DNA of 64,000 nt from Ginglymostoma cirratum (Eukaryota), in contig JAHRHZ010000032.1 in assembly GCA_024137785.1 (NCBI GenBank), positions 12,404,660 through 12,468,659 on the forward strand. The letters run 5' to 3'. The number at the start of each line of letters is the position of its first letter. Positions within the stretch are counted from its first letter, which is position 1. This document shows positions 1 through 11,075 of this stretch, in pieces. The notes under the pieces were generated by a model that was not told the DNA's origin, ran no database searches, and saw only the letters and a program-made list of their open reading frames with translations. The position numbers were made by a program, and so were the translations under genes.

Positions 1-198
1 TGCAGCAATCCTTGAAATCTGCTGGTACACAGGTTGCTAGACAGCTTTGAGAGACTGCATGTTGTTGGAGCACCAGTATCCACAGGTACAAGGACAGCAG
101 TGTTAGGCAATGTGACAGAAAACAGACATCTCATGGCCTCCACCTGAGATTTCAGTGCAGCGTTCAAAGGTTGGAGTGGCTTCTGCCTCCATTATATT

Positions 199-586
199 AG
201 AAAAGAAACAAAGTTGCTGGAAAAGCTCAGCAGGTCTGGCAGCATCTGTGAAGGGNNNNNNNNNNNNNNNNNNNNNNNNNNNNNNNNNNNNNNNNNNNNN
301 NNNNNNNNNNNNNNNNNNNNNNNNNNNNNNNNNNNNNNNNNNNNNNNNNNNNNNNCAAAGTTGCTGGAAAAGCTCAGCAGGTCTGGCAGCATCTGTGAAG
401 GGGAAACACAGAGTTAATGTGTCGGGTCCGGTGACCTGATGGCCTATCATACCTGGAAATATGTCACCGGACCCGACACATTAACTCTGTTTTTTCCCTT
501 CACAGATGCTGCCAGACCTGCTGAGCTTTTCCAGCAACTTTGTTTTTGTTCCTGATTTACAGCATCTGCAGTTCTTTCGGTTTTTA
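199..586. mobile_element. Penelope-like (PLE) pseudo-LTR fold-back element, non-autonomous
   Basis: Arms 356-435 and 463-543 are near-perfect reverse complements (2 mismatches). Tail CCTGATTTACAGCATCTGCAGTTCTTTCGGTTTTTA. Flanked by 11-bp direct repeat TCCATTATATT (188-198, 587-597). Contains an N gap. Confidence 0.8.
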
Positions 587-1314
587 TCCATTATATTGGA
601 ATTTGATTTCAGCCATAGCAGCTGTTTCACAGTTACAGGCCGCAATAACCAGGGAGCACTGCGTTCAGGATAAGGGCCTGGGCAGTATCAGAGCAGATGA
701 TTTTTGATCATTGTGGTCATCCAATTGGTTTCAACTTTCACAAAGGAAAGATTGAGCTCCAAACTGTAAGTTGAACCCTCTGCCAAGTTGAAAGCAGATG
801 AGATCATGCTCCTTGACTTCTTGTTTGTAACAACTGAGTCTGTGGCAGGCCTGGCCAAGCACCAAACATCTCTACGCCTGCCCCTCACCATTCTCCCGAA
901 CATTGACCCATCAACATTTTCAAATGCCTTCCGCGTCATAACCCATATACTGCTTGCTTATCCATTTATTTTTCTCTCTGGTCTGCCTGCCAGCTACATA
1001 TTTGGTGATGCTAGTTGTAGGAGCCTCAGTCAGAATCAGTACAATAACATTCAGTACTGTTTTCTCCAGGAGATGCAGACATGCTACTCCCCTGCCGGTC
1101 CTCTGCTGCTTCTTGCTATGAGATAGCAATGTAGAGGAAGATGATAGTAAGTGTGCTTTCAGGTATCTGTGTCATGGCCTATCATACCTCGAAGTATGTC
1201 AGAACTGGAAGCATGAAACATTCAAAATGCCTGAGGATGAGGTGGGGTATTTGACTGTTGGGCATGAATTCTAACTGGTTCTGTGGTGGTTTGGAGATCG
1301 CTATATTCATGAAC

Positions 1315-1548
1315 CTTCATCCACTTTGTGAAGTTATCAAACTTCTGGCGCTGCTGCCAGGTCCTTGGGGCCAGATGCCTTGCATTGACTGCCATTGCCG
1401 CTGGTTCCCCTTTTCCTGCAGTGCATCTAGGGTGCTTCCCAGGCTCTTGTGGAAGCATTGGCTCTATGCATCATTCCACCTGCTGAATTGAATCATTCAC
1501 ATCCTCTTCAGAAAATCAATAAGTCTTCTATCTGCCCTCCTGCTCCTT
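1315..1548 (-). pseudogene. PIF/Harbinger Myb/SANT-like DNA-binding ORF remnant (copy A)
   Basis: Minus strand reads ..GR*KTY*FSEEDVNDSIQQVE..MLPQ..AMAVNARHLAPRTWQQRQKFDNFTKWMK followed by GT. Matches the Harbinger Myb pattern (PRFS..L...V / VNA....RT..QCRKKFNDL). In-frame stops. Confidence 0.65.
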
Positions 1549-2463
1549 TAATCATCCCTTCTCTTGAAACACTTTTGGAGAAAACAACTTTACCAGATGT
1601 TGCAGCCTTAATGCACCTCCCTTTTGAGAGGTACAGGCTGCTTTATAGTGCATCTGAGTTGTGATTTGTGCTTGCCATAAACAACTCTGGATCCTCTCTA
1701 ACCATAAACCCAGACAGAAAACCATTGAGCACCAGGCTGCGTGTCACTATCATTGAGATGAGCAGGCAGTTTGAAGTCTGTGGGCAGTCTGCATCACCTC
1801 TGTTGGACTCGGGGTAATGACAATCTCTATTCCTTCTGCTAATAAGCCTAAACAAATTTTTAGCACAAATCTTCATTGTTAGTTTTTGAACTAAACACAT
1901 ATTACACCACCACACCTTACATATGCTTAATTTCTTTAGTGGATCATGTTCAGTAGGTATAAAAAGTTCCAAAATTTGTGAGGACAAGTTAAGCATTAGT
2001 TTTAAAATAGCTTTGACTCTTTTGCAGGTATTATTAGCAGAGCTTTTGATTCAAAACAACTATGTCCTGGTTTGTATAAATTTATTTTCGAAGTTTTCAG
2101 ATTTGCCTCTTATAGTAACTGTGTTCTGGGCCCAAGGGCTCCTGAGTGCCTTGATCACAGTGTTGTGAATATCTGATTCATGGTTCATATGTTTTAGTGT
2201 ATAGTCTTTAGTTTTCAGAAATGGAATAAATTCATTTGAAGCACTCTCAAATTATGTGCACTTAAAACATTGTGGTCATGTTAGGATTCGTCAGAGACAC
2301 TCAATTCCTGACCGCATTATAGTCTTGAACTTTATGTACAAATGTCTAATGGGTCACACTACACTCCTTGTGTCTGCAAAGAAATTGCATATACAGGAAG
2401 TTAGTGAAAGACCAAAGAGGAATAGCATTTGTACATCCATTTAAGGTTAGAAATTTAACAGTG

Positions 2464-2810
2464 AAGGCCTAGTGGTATAATTGCTGTGCTATTAATCCAG
2501 TGACCCAGAAAATGTTTTGGGGGCTTGGGTTCAAATTTCTCCATGACAGATGGTGGAATTTGAATTCAATGCAAATCTGGAATTAAGAGTCTATTGATGA
2601 CCATGGATTGATTTTTGGAAAAACACGTCTGGTTTTGATAATGTCCCTTTTAGGGAAGGAAACTTCCATGCTTAACTGGGCTGGTTTACATATGCCTCCA
2701 GCCCCACTGTAATGTGGTTGACTCTTAACTGTCCTTTGGGTAATTAGGGAGGGGCAATAAATGCTGGCCTAGCCAGTGACCCCATCATCCTGTGAGTGAA
2801 TTTAAAAAAA
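2464..2810 (+). mobile_element. tRNA-derived SINE sharing its 3' tail with the CR1-like LINE at 15895-17062
   Basis: A-box-like GGCCTAGTGG, B-box GGGTTCAAATT, body TTTAGGGAAGGAAAC..ATGTGGTTGACTCTTAACTG, tail GGCAATAAATGCTGGCC..CATCC plus A-run. Confidence 0.8.
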
Positions 2811-3137
2811 CACTTCTAAGTAGCTATCTGAATATGTTTATCCAGCCAGCATTGTCAACCTGACTTGACCAACTCAAATTTTAAATTTCTTTGAAGTTGA
2901 CATCAAATTATTGTGAATAAACTTATAATTTTGAAAACACGATGTTTATAAGTTCAAAATTGATAAAGATTGGTTAATTAACTTATTTTTACAATTCATC
3001 TGTTAAAGTAAATAACAGCTTCCCTGTAGTTGGAATACAAGAGTGAGTTGTTTATGCTGCAGCCTATAACATTGGTGCATGTGATGAGTTCTACATGTAA
3101 TAAGATACATACATTGTGTATTAATTATGTGTATTAA

Positions 3138-3188
3138 ATAATGTAACCCAGGAAAAGACACACATTGTGTTTCCTGGGTTACGTTATT
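3138..3188. repeat. Short inverted repeat / hairpin
   Basis: AATAATGTAACCCAGGAAA ... TTTCCTGGGTTACGTTATT, 18/19 complementary. Confidence 0.7.
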
Positions 3189-5149
3189 GTACAACATTTA
3201 CAAATCATCTCAACTTGTACACCATGGTTGTAACTACTTTCTTTGATAATCACTGAATGATTGTGGCTCTCAGTTGATAATGTAATGAATTGTTACATTA
3301 TGGCACCACTACAATCCTTCTTCCAGAATGATTCTAAAACCTGTGTGACCACTCTTCAAAATTCATAGTTATACATTTATGATCATAGTGATGGATTTCT
3401 GCTTCCCCTACACCATGACATTTTAGTCATACAGGAAAGTAGAAAACAATTTGTGTTTATGTAACAGCCACTTTTGTTCTCAAGCTATGAATGTTTGCCA
3501 TGTGTTCTTTACACATTTATATATATTTAAACAACAAATTCAGAATTTATTCATTGTCATGCTGCTGTTTTTTCTTTCTAAATTCCTTTTTGTTATCCAC
3601 ATTTTCGTTTTCATCTATTATTGTTTAAAGTTAATGATAGCCGCTAATTTCTTTTACTGTTGGAGCAAGGATTCCACAATATTGTTTGTTCAATTATGTT
3701 AATTAGTATGTATGTTTTCATATTACAAGCTGTGACAGGAACTTTGTTTCACATTGGTTGTTTTTCTACCACACTTCTTTCTTTACCCCAGAATAAAAGA
3801 CAGTTAATAAACCAAAAAAAATGTTCATGATATGAGCTGATGAACGAAATGCCAAATACATTTACTAGTCGTTTGACTCCACAAATATTATGTTCAAACG
3901 GCTATATGCTTCCAGCATTTTTCTATTTCTGTTTCAGATTCCCAGTTTTCTGTAGCATTTTGATAATTGTTATAAATTTCTATCTTCTTTTCAAAAGTGG
4001 GCTCAGGGTGATGAATTTCCTCCTTAAGTTGAAGATTTTATCTCGCAAATATCAAGAGAAGCAAGAAAGAATATGTTAAACTGTACATTTTGTTCAGTTT
4101 AATCTTGGCAATGGGGTTGATATTTGAAAGCAATTTTTCAGATTCTAATCTTTCTTTATTTGGCTACAACACCACAAAAAGCCATTAATATCATACAGTT
4201 TTATTTTGGTTGAACAAATTTAGATCCATGAAAAATTCACCGTACCCTGACTCATTCATGAAAATAATTTCGTCCTATAGGAGGCTGAGTTTTATCTCTC
4301 CACTGCAATTATCAATATATGGGAACATCACAACAATAATAAACGTTTACATTTTTCTGTTTTCAAATTGTAACAAAAATACACAAAAAGAACCTTCAAT
4401 TGTGTCTTTTCCTTTTCATATACGTAGAAAAAAAATGAATTTTGGACTGACTTCACATTTCAAAGAAATCACAAATCTGTACGGCTTATTTCATTGTTCA
4501 ATGTGCAAAGTTCTACCTATTGTGCTTAATCTGTAACTGTCACACTCAACATTCATTGCCAACTGCATCTGAAACGCTAATATTAAATTTATGGTAAGGA
4601 GAAGTATTTCATATGATTGTTTGAAATTTTGCACTTTGGAGAATTCGTTCATACAGTCATAAATCAAAGGCATTTTTCTTTTTATTTAAAATTTTATTGC
4701 CACTTTGAACCACACATGCAAAGATAAAATACACATTATGCAAAGTTACTTTGAGAATAAAGTTGGTTTTTATATCTTGAGAATTCTTTCAAGATATTAA
4801 AAAAGGAATTTAAAAGTAGGTACTTAAAGAGAAAGCCACAGTTTAATACCAAAGTCCATGATGTGACCGTAACGTTGCGACAATTACTGAATGGTTATAA
4901 ATTATTCTTGAGGCCAGGTGGATTTTCTGTAGTAAGTTAGCACAATGTATTATTTAAAGATTTTGCAACAAAACACTTTTTTGTTTACACACACCAACTA
5001 TTAAAGGAGTAAAAAATCTAGTAGCATTCAACAATGTTTTCAGGAAATCACAGCATATTAATTGTAGCATTTATTCTAACTGCATTTATTGAAACTTTTT
5101 CTCCAATTTGATCACTCTTTGGGTTCTTGGTACCGCAGGAATGGTTGAA

Positions 5150-6290
5150 GCTTCAGAGGAGATGTCTAAAAGTAATCCATAGAAGCACTGAGGGAGTACA
5201 GAAGCAGAACGGCAGCTAACATAACAGGATTTTCAAAGTTTTCTACAAGCTGATAAGAAATAAAAGGGTGGTAAACTGAAGAGTAAGGCTTTTTAAGGAC
5301 AAAAAGGAAATTTAAGCATGGAGACAGCGATTATGCAAAATATTCATTTAATATTTCAATAATCAGCCTTTTAAAAGGAAGATGCTACTATTCAGGCCAT
5401 GGTAAAGGGAAGGAAAAATGAGTCTCTGTAAGAGTTCTAAAATATTAAGGAAGAGATATGAAATAATATGTTCACTTGCAATTGATAATTAAGATACCAG
5501 GATCAAATAAGATATGTCCAAGGATACTGAAGGAAATATGAATGTTAATTTGTAGAGGTACTAGCCATCATTTACCACTTTTCTTTAGACTTGGATGATG
5601 CCAGAGGACTGGAGAATTGTAAACATTATCCACTTGTTCAAAATAAACACCTGTAAAACTAATCTCAGCATCTACAGGCCAGTCACTTTAACTTTGGTTA
5701 GCATTTCAAGTGTGGTGACTCTTCTTCAGAGGAGCCTTCCGGACTCAACGTTAGTACTGCTTTCTTCCCAGATTTGCTGTCAGACCTGCTGAGCTTTGCC
5801 AACAATTTCTTTTTAGTTTTGCAGATCTTGAGCACCTGCAGTTCTTTGTTTTACTTTAACTTTGCTGCTGGTACAGCATCTAGAAAGAATAATTTGGGAC
5901 AATACAGGACAGCCAGAATGGATTTCTTAAGAAAAAACTGTATTTAATCAAGCTGCTGGAGTTTTTAAAGAGGTAATGGAGAATGTTGATGAGAGCGATG
6001 GAATTGATGTGGTGTACATGCAATTCTAAAAGGCATCTGATTGAGTGGTTGTAGCTCAAGGAATAAAAAGAACGGTAGCAACATGAATAGTGAATTAGCT
6101 GAATGACAGGAAACAGAGAAGTGGTTAAAGATCCTTTTTAGGCTAGAGGACAGTTTGTAGTGGAGCTTCCCACAGATCAGTTTTGGGACTCTTGCCTTTT
6201 CAGATATATATACTAATAATGTGGAGCTTGGTGTACAAGACAACATTTCAACCTTTACAGATGATCTGAAATTAGAAGCGTTATCAACTG
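5150..6290 (+). mobile_element. Decayed CR1 (HER1-type) LINE ORF2 fragment
   Basis: PEDWRIVNIIHLFK..YRPVTLT motif at 5595-5700, plus recognisable downstream RT remnants. Interrupted by a PLE fragment. Confidence 0.8.
5697..5852. mobile_element. PLE pseudo-LTR fragment inserted in CR1
   Basis: GCTGTCAGACCTGCTGAGCTTTGCCAACAA core as in the element at 199-586. 12-bp TSD ACTTTAACTTTG (5685-5696, 5853-5864). Confidence 0.7.
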
Positions 6291-6304
6291 TGATGTTTAA
6301 CCTA

Positions 6305-6620
6305 GGAGATGGTGGCACAGTGGTAATGTCATTGGACCAGCAATCCAGGACCTTAAGCTAGGAACATGGTTTTCAATCCTATCATAGTACATGGCTAAAC
6401 ATGAATTCAATAAAAATCTTGGATAAATGAGCTACCCTGATGACAACTATATAAAATTGTGTACTGTTATAAAAGCTGATTTGGTTCACTAATGCCCTTA
6501 AGGATAGGTATATTCCTTTCCTCATCCAATGTAGTTGACTCTGAAGTGAATAATTAGGGCTGAGCAATAAATGCTGGCCTAGCTACCAATGCCCACATCC
6601 CAACAACAAATTTAAAAAAA
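6305..6620 (+). mobile_element. tRNA-derived SINE (same family as 2464-2810)
   Basis: TGGCACAGTGGTAATGTC head, TGGTTCACTAATGCCCTT body, GCAATAAATGCTGGCCTAGC..GCCCACATCCC tail. Confidence 0.75.
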
Positions 6621-8149
6621 GGTTTGTTTGCATGCAAACATTGGGAGCACATTCTAATTTTTCTCTCCTTTGAGGGATTGATGAACAAATTTCAGAAAGA
6701 TAGGGTTTGGTGAACTTTTAAATGAAATCCAAAGCAATAATTGATAATTTAAGTAAATGCTGTGGAAGGAGTAAAACAAACAGCCCATGGAGATTTCTGC
6801 TTTAATCATATGGCCGGACTTGACAATAACCTTCCAGAGAAATCTCTCTGAAGTCAACATCAGCCAGACGATAAACTTCCAGGTACTGCCTGATGGGCCT
6901 GGAATGCTCACTATTGTCAACTGTAATTATAATTGTAATGTTATCACTGTAATAGATCATTATAATCCACCATGGTGATGATTATCTCCAAGAGAAACCC
7001 TTAACAATAGAATTGCAGTTTAGTCCTTTAAGAAAATATATGAATGACATTCCATTTAACCCTAGAATGGACCATTAACAACTGGCTATCAGCAATGAGG
7101 TAATTATTTCTCTTCTCTTCTCAGGTCATATGGCTACCACAGTATTGAACCCACCTCTTTACTGAATATATGATTTTGAAATAGCCATTAGTTTAGGGAT
7201 TTGTCCTTCTCCACAAAACTTCTCAATCAACATCCTCAACTCTGAGCTATAAAGGAAAAGCCTCTGGCCTGTAAAAAGCAGCCAACAACTTGAATTTATG
7301 CTATGTTAGTCAAATTTTCTTTCATCGAAAAAGTGAAATTCAAAATGATGTCTTAGTAAAAATTCGTCAGATGAATTTTGAAAAGATTTGTAAAGAGAAG
7401 AAACTTGCTACAATCCTTCAACTTCAGGCTAGGTAAACAATGAATCTCACACATGAACTTCAGTCTTCTAATGCCAATGTTGGACTTTTGGATTCCATTT
7501 TAAAAACAAGGACACTTGTTAAACAGCTATCCTTTTTTTGTTGTAATCAAGTTGTTACTAATTAAATAATCTCTCCGTGTATGTTTGTATAGGTGGTTGT
7601 GTTGCGAAGCATCTTCCCCCTCCTCCCCCCACCTCAAAGATGACTAAGTCTATGACACAAATTTCCTTTGGTTTCTAAATTAACCATAGTGTTCTGGATG
7701 CCTTTGCAAAGTCAGAGCTTCATCTTTTAAAAAAGGAGAAAAACATAAACTATATAATTTACTTCTGGACGGGTGATGAGCATAGTCAGAGAAATGGTTT
7801 ATAATTCACTATCTGTCTATGATATAAGCTATAAAAATGGCCATTTATAAACGTCAAGTAGTAGAGAGAGAGACTCCGATACACTTCACTTGATGATCTT
7901 AAAATGTGGCAGTGCAGTAGTTGGAGGGTGGGTGTGGGGGAGGGGAAACAGAGCCACATGACAGTGTTGGGTTTATGTTACCTTGCTTTCACCTCTGATA
8001 GGGATCACTTTATGCTGGCCTCTTTAGAATTCATGTTTTGGAGTCCGTAGTTAGTTGTTGAGTTTCCTCTCAGCCTGCTTTGTGGTTAGGTTTTTGGGGG
8101 AGGAAGAGACAAAATGTAGGTATGTATCTGGCTCAATCAGCCTCAGGGG

Positions 8150-8640
8150 CACACACATTCTCACTTTTTCTTCTTATACCTTTCCTATCTGCACACACAC
8201 TCCACACCAACTCTAACTTGCTCACACTTTCTTCCTTTCACCAACCCTCTTAACCTGCTCATCCTCTCTCCCCACTCACCAGCTCTTGCCCCACGTGCTG
8301 TTTTTCACCACTTGTACCCTCCTCTCCTTCCCTTGTCCCTCTCCCCTGTTTGCCTTTTCTTCCTTCTCTGTCCGGTCTCTGTAGTGCTCCCTAGTCCTTT
8401 CTGGACTTGGTTTTATACCGCTGTGGTCTTCCACTACCCAGTCTCTCTACATACCTTAGTCCCTTCCACCCAACACTGGGCCTGTCTCCCTCTCCAGTAT
8501 CTTCACTTTCTTGGACTCTTTCCCCCCAAGCCTGTCCACTGCTGGTCCCTTCCCTCTGACCCAGGCTCTTGCCCCCTCATCGCCTCTCTCCCAAACACCC
8601 ATCTTCTGGTTTCTTCCCCTAGTCTACCTCTTGACTACCA
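8150..8640. repeat. Pyrimidine-rich low-complexity tract (possibly the interior of a non-autonomous DNA transposon)
   Basis: Strong C/T skew over ~500 bp. Confidence 0.6.
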
Positions 8641-9129
8641 TGACAAGTTGAATTATGACTGTTTTCCAAAGGTTTGGAGCTAGCCCAATATCTGTTTAAG
8701 CCAAACCTTGCCTGGATGACTTTTCCATCATTCTAAAGCTATCAGAACTTTAATTTTGACCCCGAGAAACCTGGAGAAATGAAAATTTATCAAAATTTCT
8801 TTTTGTGTTGTTGTTTTTCAGATCATTGACCAATAAGGTGTTGTCTGTTTGCTCATTTTAAGTATCATCTCTGCTGAGTCTTTGTTTATTGTGTTGTGTG
8901 TGTTTGATATAATTTACAGGGGATGTATTTCAAATTCTTCATTGCAGCTTTGCTGTTAACCAGTTCTACCTTTTTGTTTCTCGAAATGAGGTTTGCATTA
9001 CCATAAATGGATTACTTTTCAGTCCATTAAGGAACATTGGTGAAAGTCTCTTTTATTCTGATTAGCAGTACCAAAAAAATTGCTTTTCCAGTGATTGAAT
9101 CAAAATATTTACATGCATGGTGCAACTCA

Positions 9130-9795
9130 TAGAGTAGTGGAGCTTGATTAACGGTGCATTCCTGTCACAGTGGTAATGGGAGGATCAAGATCAGAAGGGC
9201 ACAGATTTAAAGTACAGAGGAAGTGAAGCTGACATGAGCAACACACTTTTTCATGCACCAAGTGGTTCAAATCTGGAATGCTAGGCCTGAAAGTGTGATG
9301 GTTCAATTCAAATAGGAATTAGACTATTACTTAGCAAAAGAATTATCACAGAATTGCTACAGTGGGGAAGCAGACCATTCGGTCCATCAAGTCCACATCA
9401 ACCCTCCAAAGATCATCCCACCCAGACCCACCCCATAATCCTACATTTTCCATGACTAATTCACTTAGCCTCCACGTCCCTGGACACTGTGGGCAATTTA
9501 GCACAGCCAATCCACCTAACCTGCACATGTTTGGACTGTAGGAGGAAACTCACGCAGACACAAGGAGAATGTGCGAACTCCACACAGACAGTCACTCAAA
9601 GGTGGAATCAAACCCAGGTCCATGGCACTGTGTGGCAGTTGTGCTAACCACTGAACCACCGTGCCACCCTTACGCATAGGATTCTGGGAGAAGGCAGGAG
9701 AACTGGGCTAAGTGAAATGTTAATTCAAGGAGTTGATGCAGACACAATGGGCCAAATGGCCTCCTCCTGTGCTGTAATTATTCAGCGATTCTGTG
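9130..9795 (+). mobile_element. CR1 LINE 3' end, split by a SINE
   Basis: AGAAGGGCACAGATTTAAAGT..ATCTGGAATGC..; resumes after 9670 with ATGGGCCAAATGGCCTCCTCCTGTGCTGTAA tail. Confidence 0.7.
9343..9670 (-). mobile_element. HE1-type (V-SINE) shark SINE
   Basis: Minus strand GGTGGCACGGTGGTTCAGTGGTTAGCAC head, GGTTTGATTCC B-box, TGTGTGGAGTT..GGTTAGGTGGATTGGC V-domain, CR1-derived tail. Confidence 0.85.
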
Positions 9796-10619
9796 AAGTG
9801 AACAATGTAACTGCATTTAAGGGGAACTAATCACATACTTCAAAATAGGATGGACCAAATTAGAAATAAAGGGCCTTTTAGGGCATAACAGAAACGCTTA
9901 ATAAAATTCTCCTTTCTATTTTTGCAAGAGAAGATATTGAAGAACCCAAAGACAAGATAGGCAAGCTTCTACTAGAAATAAATATTCAAAAACATATTGT
10001 ATCAGTTAGTAGAAATAAAAATAAGAAGTCACCAGAGTCAGAATTCTGAGAAAGTTTGAGTCACAGAGATATGAGCCACAGTTCTCGTCTCATAATTACT
10101 TTGAAGTGTAAATCATGCCAGGGTGGGGGAAGTAACAAGATAGGGAATGATAGACAAACCGGAATACCTAACTGGTACGTGCATTTTGATGTCCTGTGCC
10201 ACTTGTAAAACCTTATCCACAGACAGGGCATTTTAGGAAATCATGGGCAGAGTTATGCACCATCTTCCAGTATGCAAAAGCTGTGCATTTTAGGAAATCA
10301 TGGGCAGTACAGGTTATTCCTTTCTATAGGATGGAATTGAAGATTAGATATCCACAATAATTTGTAAAAGGAAAGATTGTCTTGACTAAATTAGTTTCAT
10401 CTTTGAAAGGAATGAAAGCATTTAGATTATAATAATGCACTACATATTTTATCTGTGGAGTTTCAGAAATATTAATAATGAATTACTCAAGTGATTTAAA
10501 AACAAAGCTATGTGATATTAAAGTCAAAATTCCCATTTGCAAAGTGAGATGGTGTAAGAAACCAAAGACCAGGGTTTTTTGGATTATTGTTAGCATGAAG
10601 TACCACAGAGATCTCTTTC

Positions 10620-11075
10620 ATTACTGAGTTGAGGGTTATAGACTCCAGCCCATTCCAACAATTAAGTTAATAATCCAGGTTGACACCTCTGTACAGTTCT
10701 ATAGGAATACTGCATTGACAAAGTAGTTTTAGACAATTAAGCAGGATAGATTTTCACTTACGGAATTGACAGGAAATGATTGGGGTGTGCAATAGGCAGG
10801 AGATCTGTTGCTGCCAATTTTCCATCATTGCTGAGAGTGAATTTCTGTCCCCAGATCTTGTCTGCCTGTTGGATGAATAGTAGTGATCTTGTGAAAATAG
10901 AGACCCCTGATCAGCGCATGAATCATTAACCAGCATTAAAGCCAGATATAAATTGGTCACCTATCTGTTGTTTACAGGTGCTTTCCTGTGTGAAAAATAT
11001 CTGCTCCGTTTATTTAGAAAATTAAACAAGCATATGCAAAACACTTCTGTACGTTTCTTTGAGAAATGATGAAAA
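10620..11075 (+). mobile_element. Old Deu-type SINE remnant with an internal insertion (~10749-10900)
   Basis: CTGAGTTGAGGGTTATAGACTCCAGCCC..CAGGTTGACAC..AATACTGCATTG and TGTTGTTTACAGGTGCTTTCCTGTGTG resemble the Deu-SINE head and body; highly diverged. Confidence 0.45.

Noticed and set aside
209-402. 47-bp direct repeat on either side of the 100-N gap (apparent tandem pseudo-LTR)
   Set aside because: Identical sequence flanking a fixed-size gap is most likely an unmerged contig overlap
103-450. ORFs spanning N runs (also 24711-25576 and 46171-46677)
   Set aside because: Their length comes from the gaps; only the PLE RT frame before 25000 is meaningful
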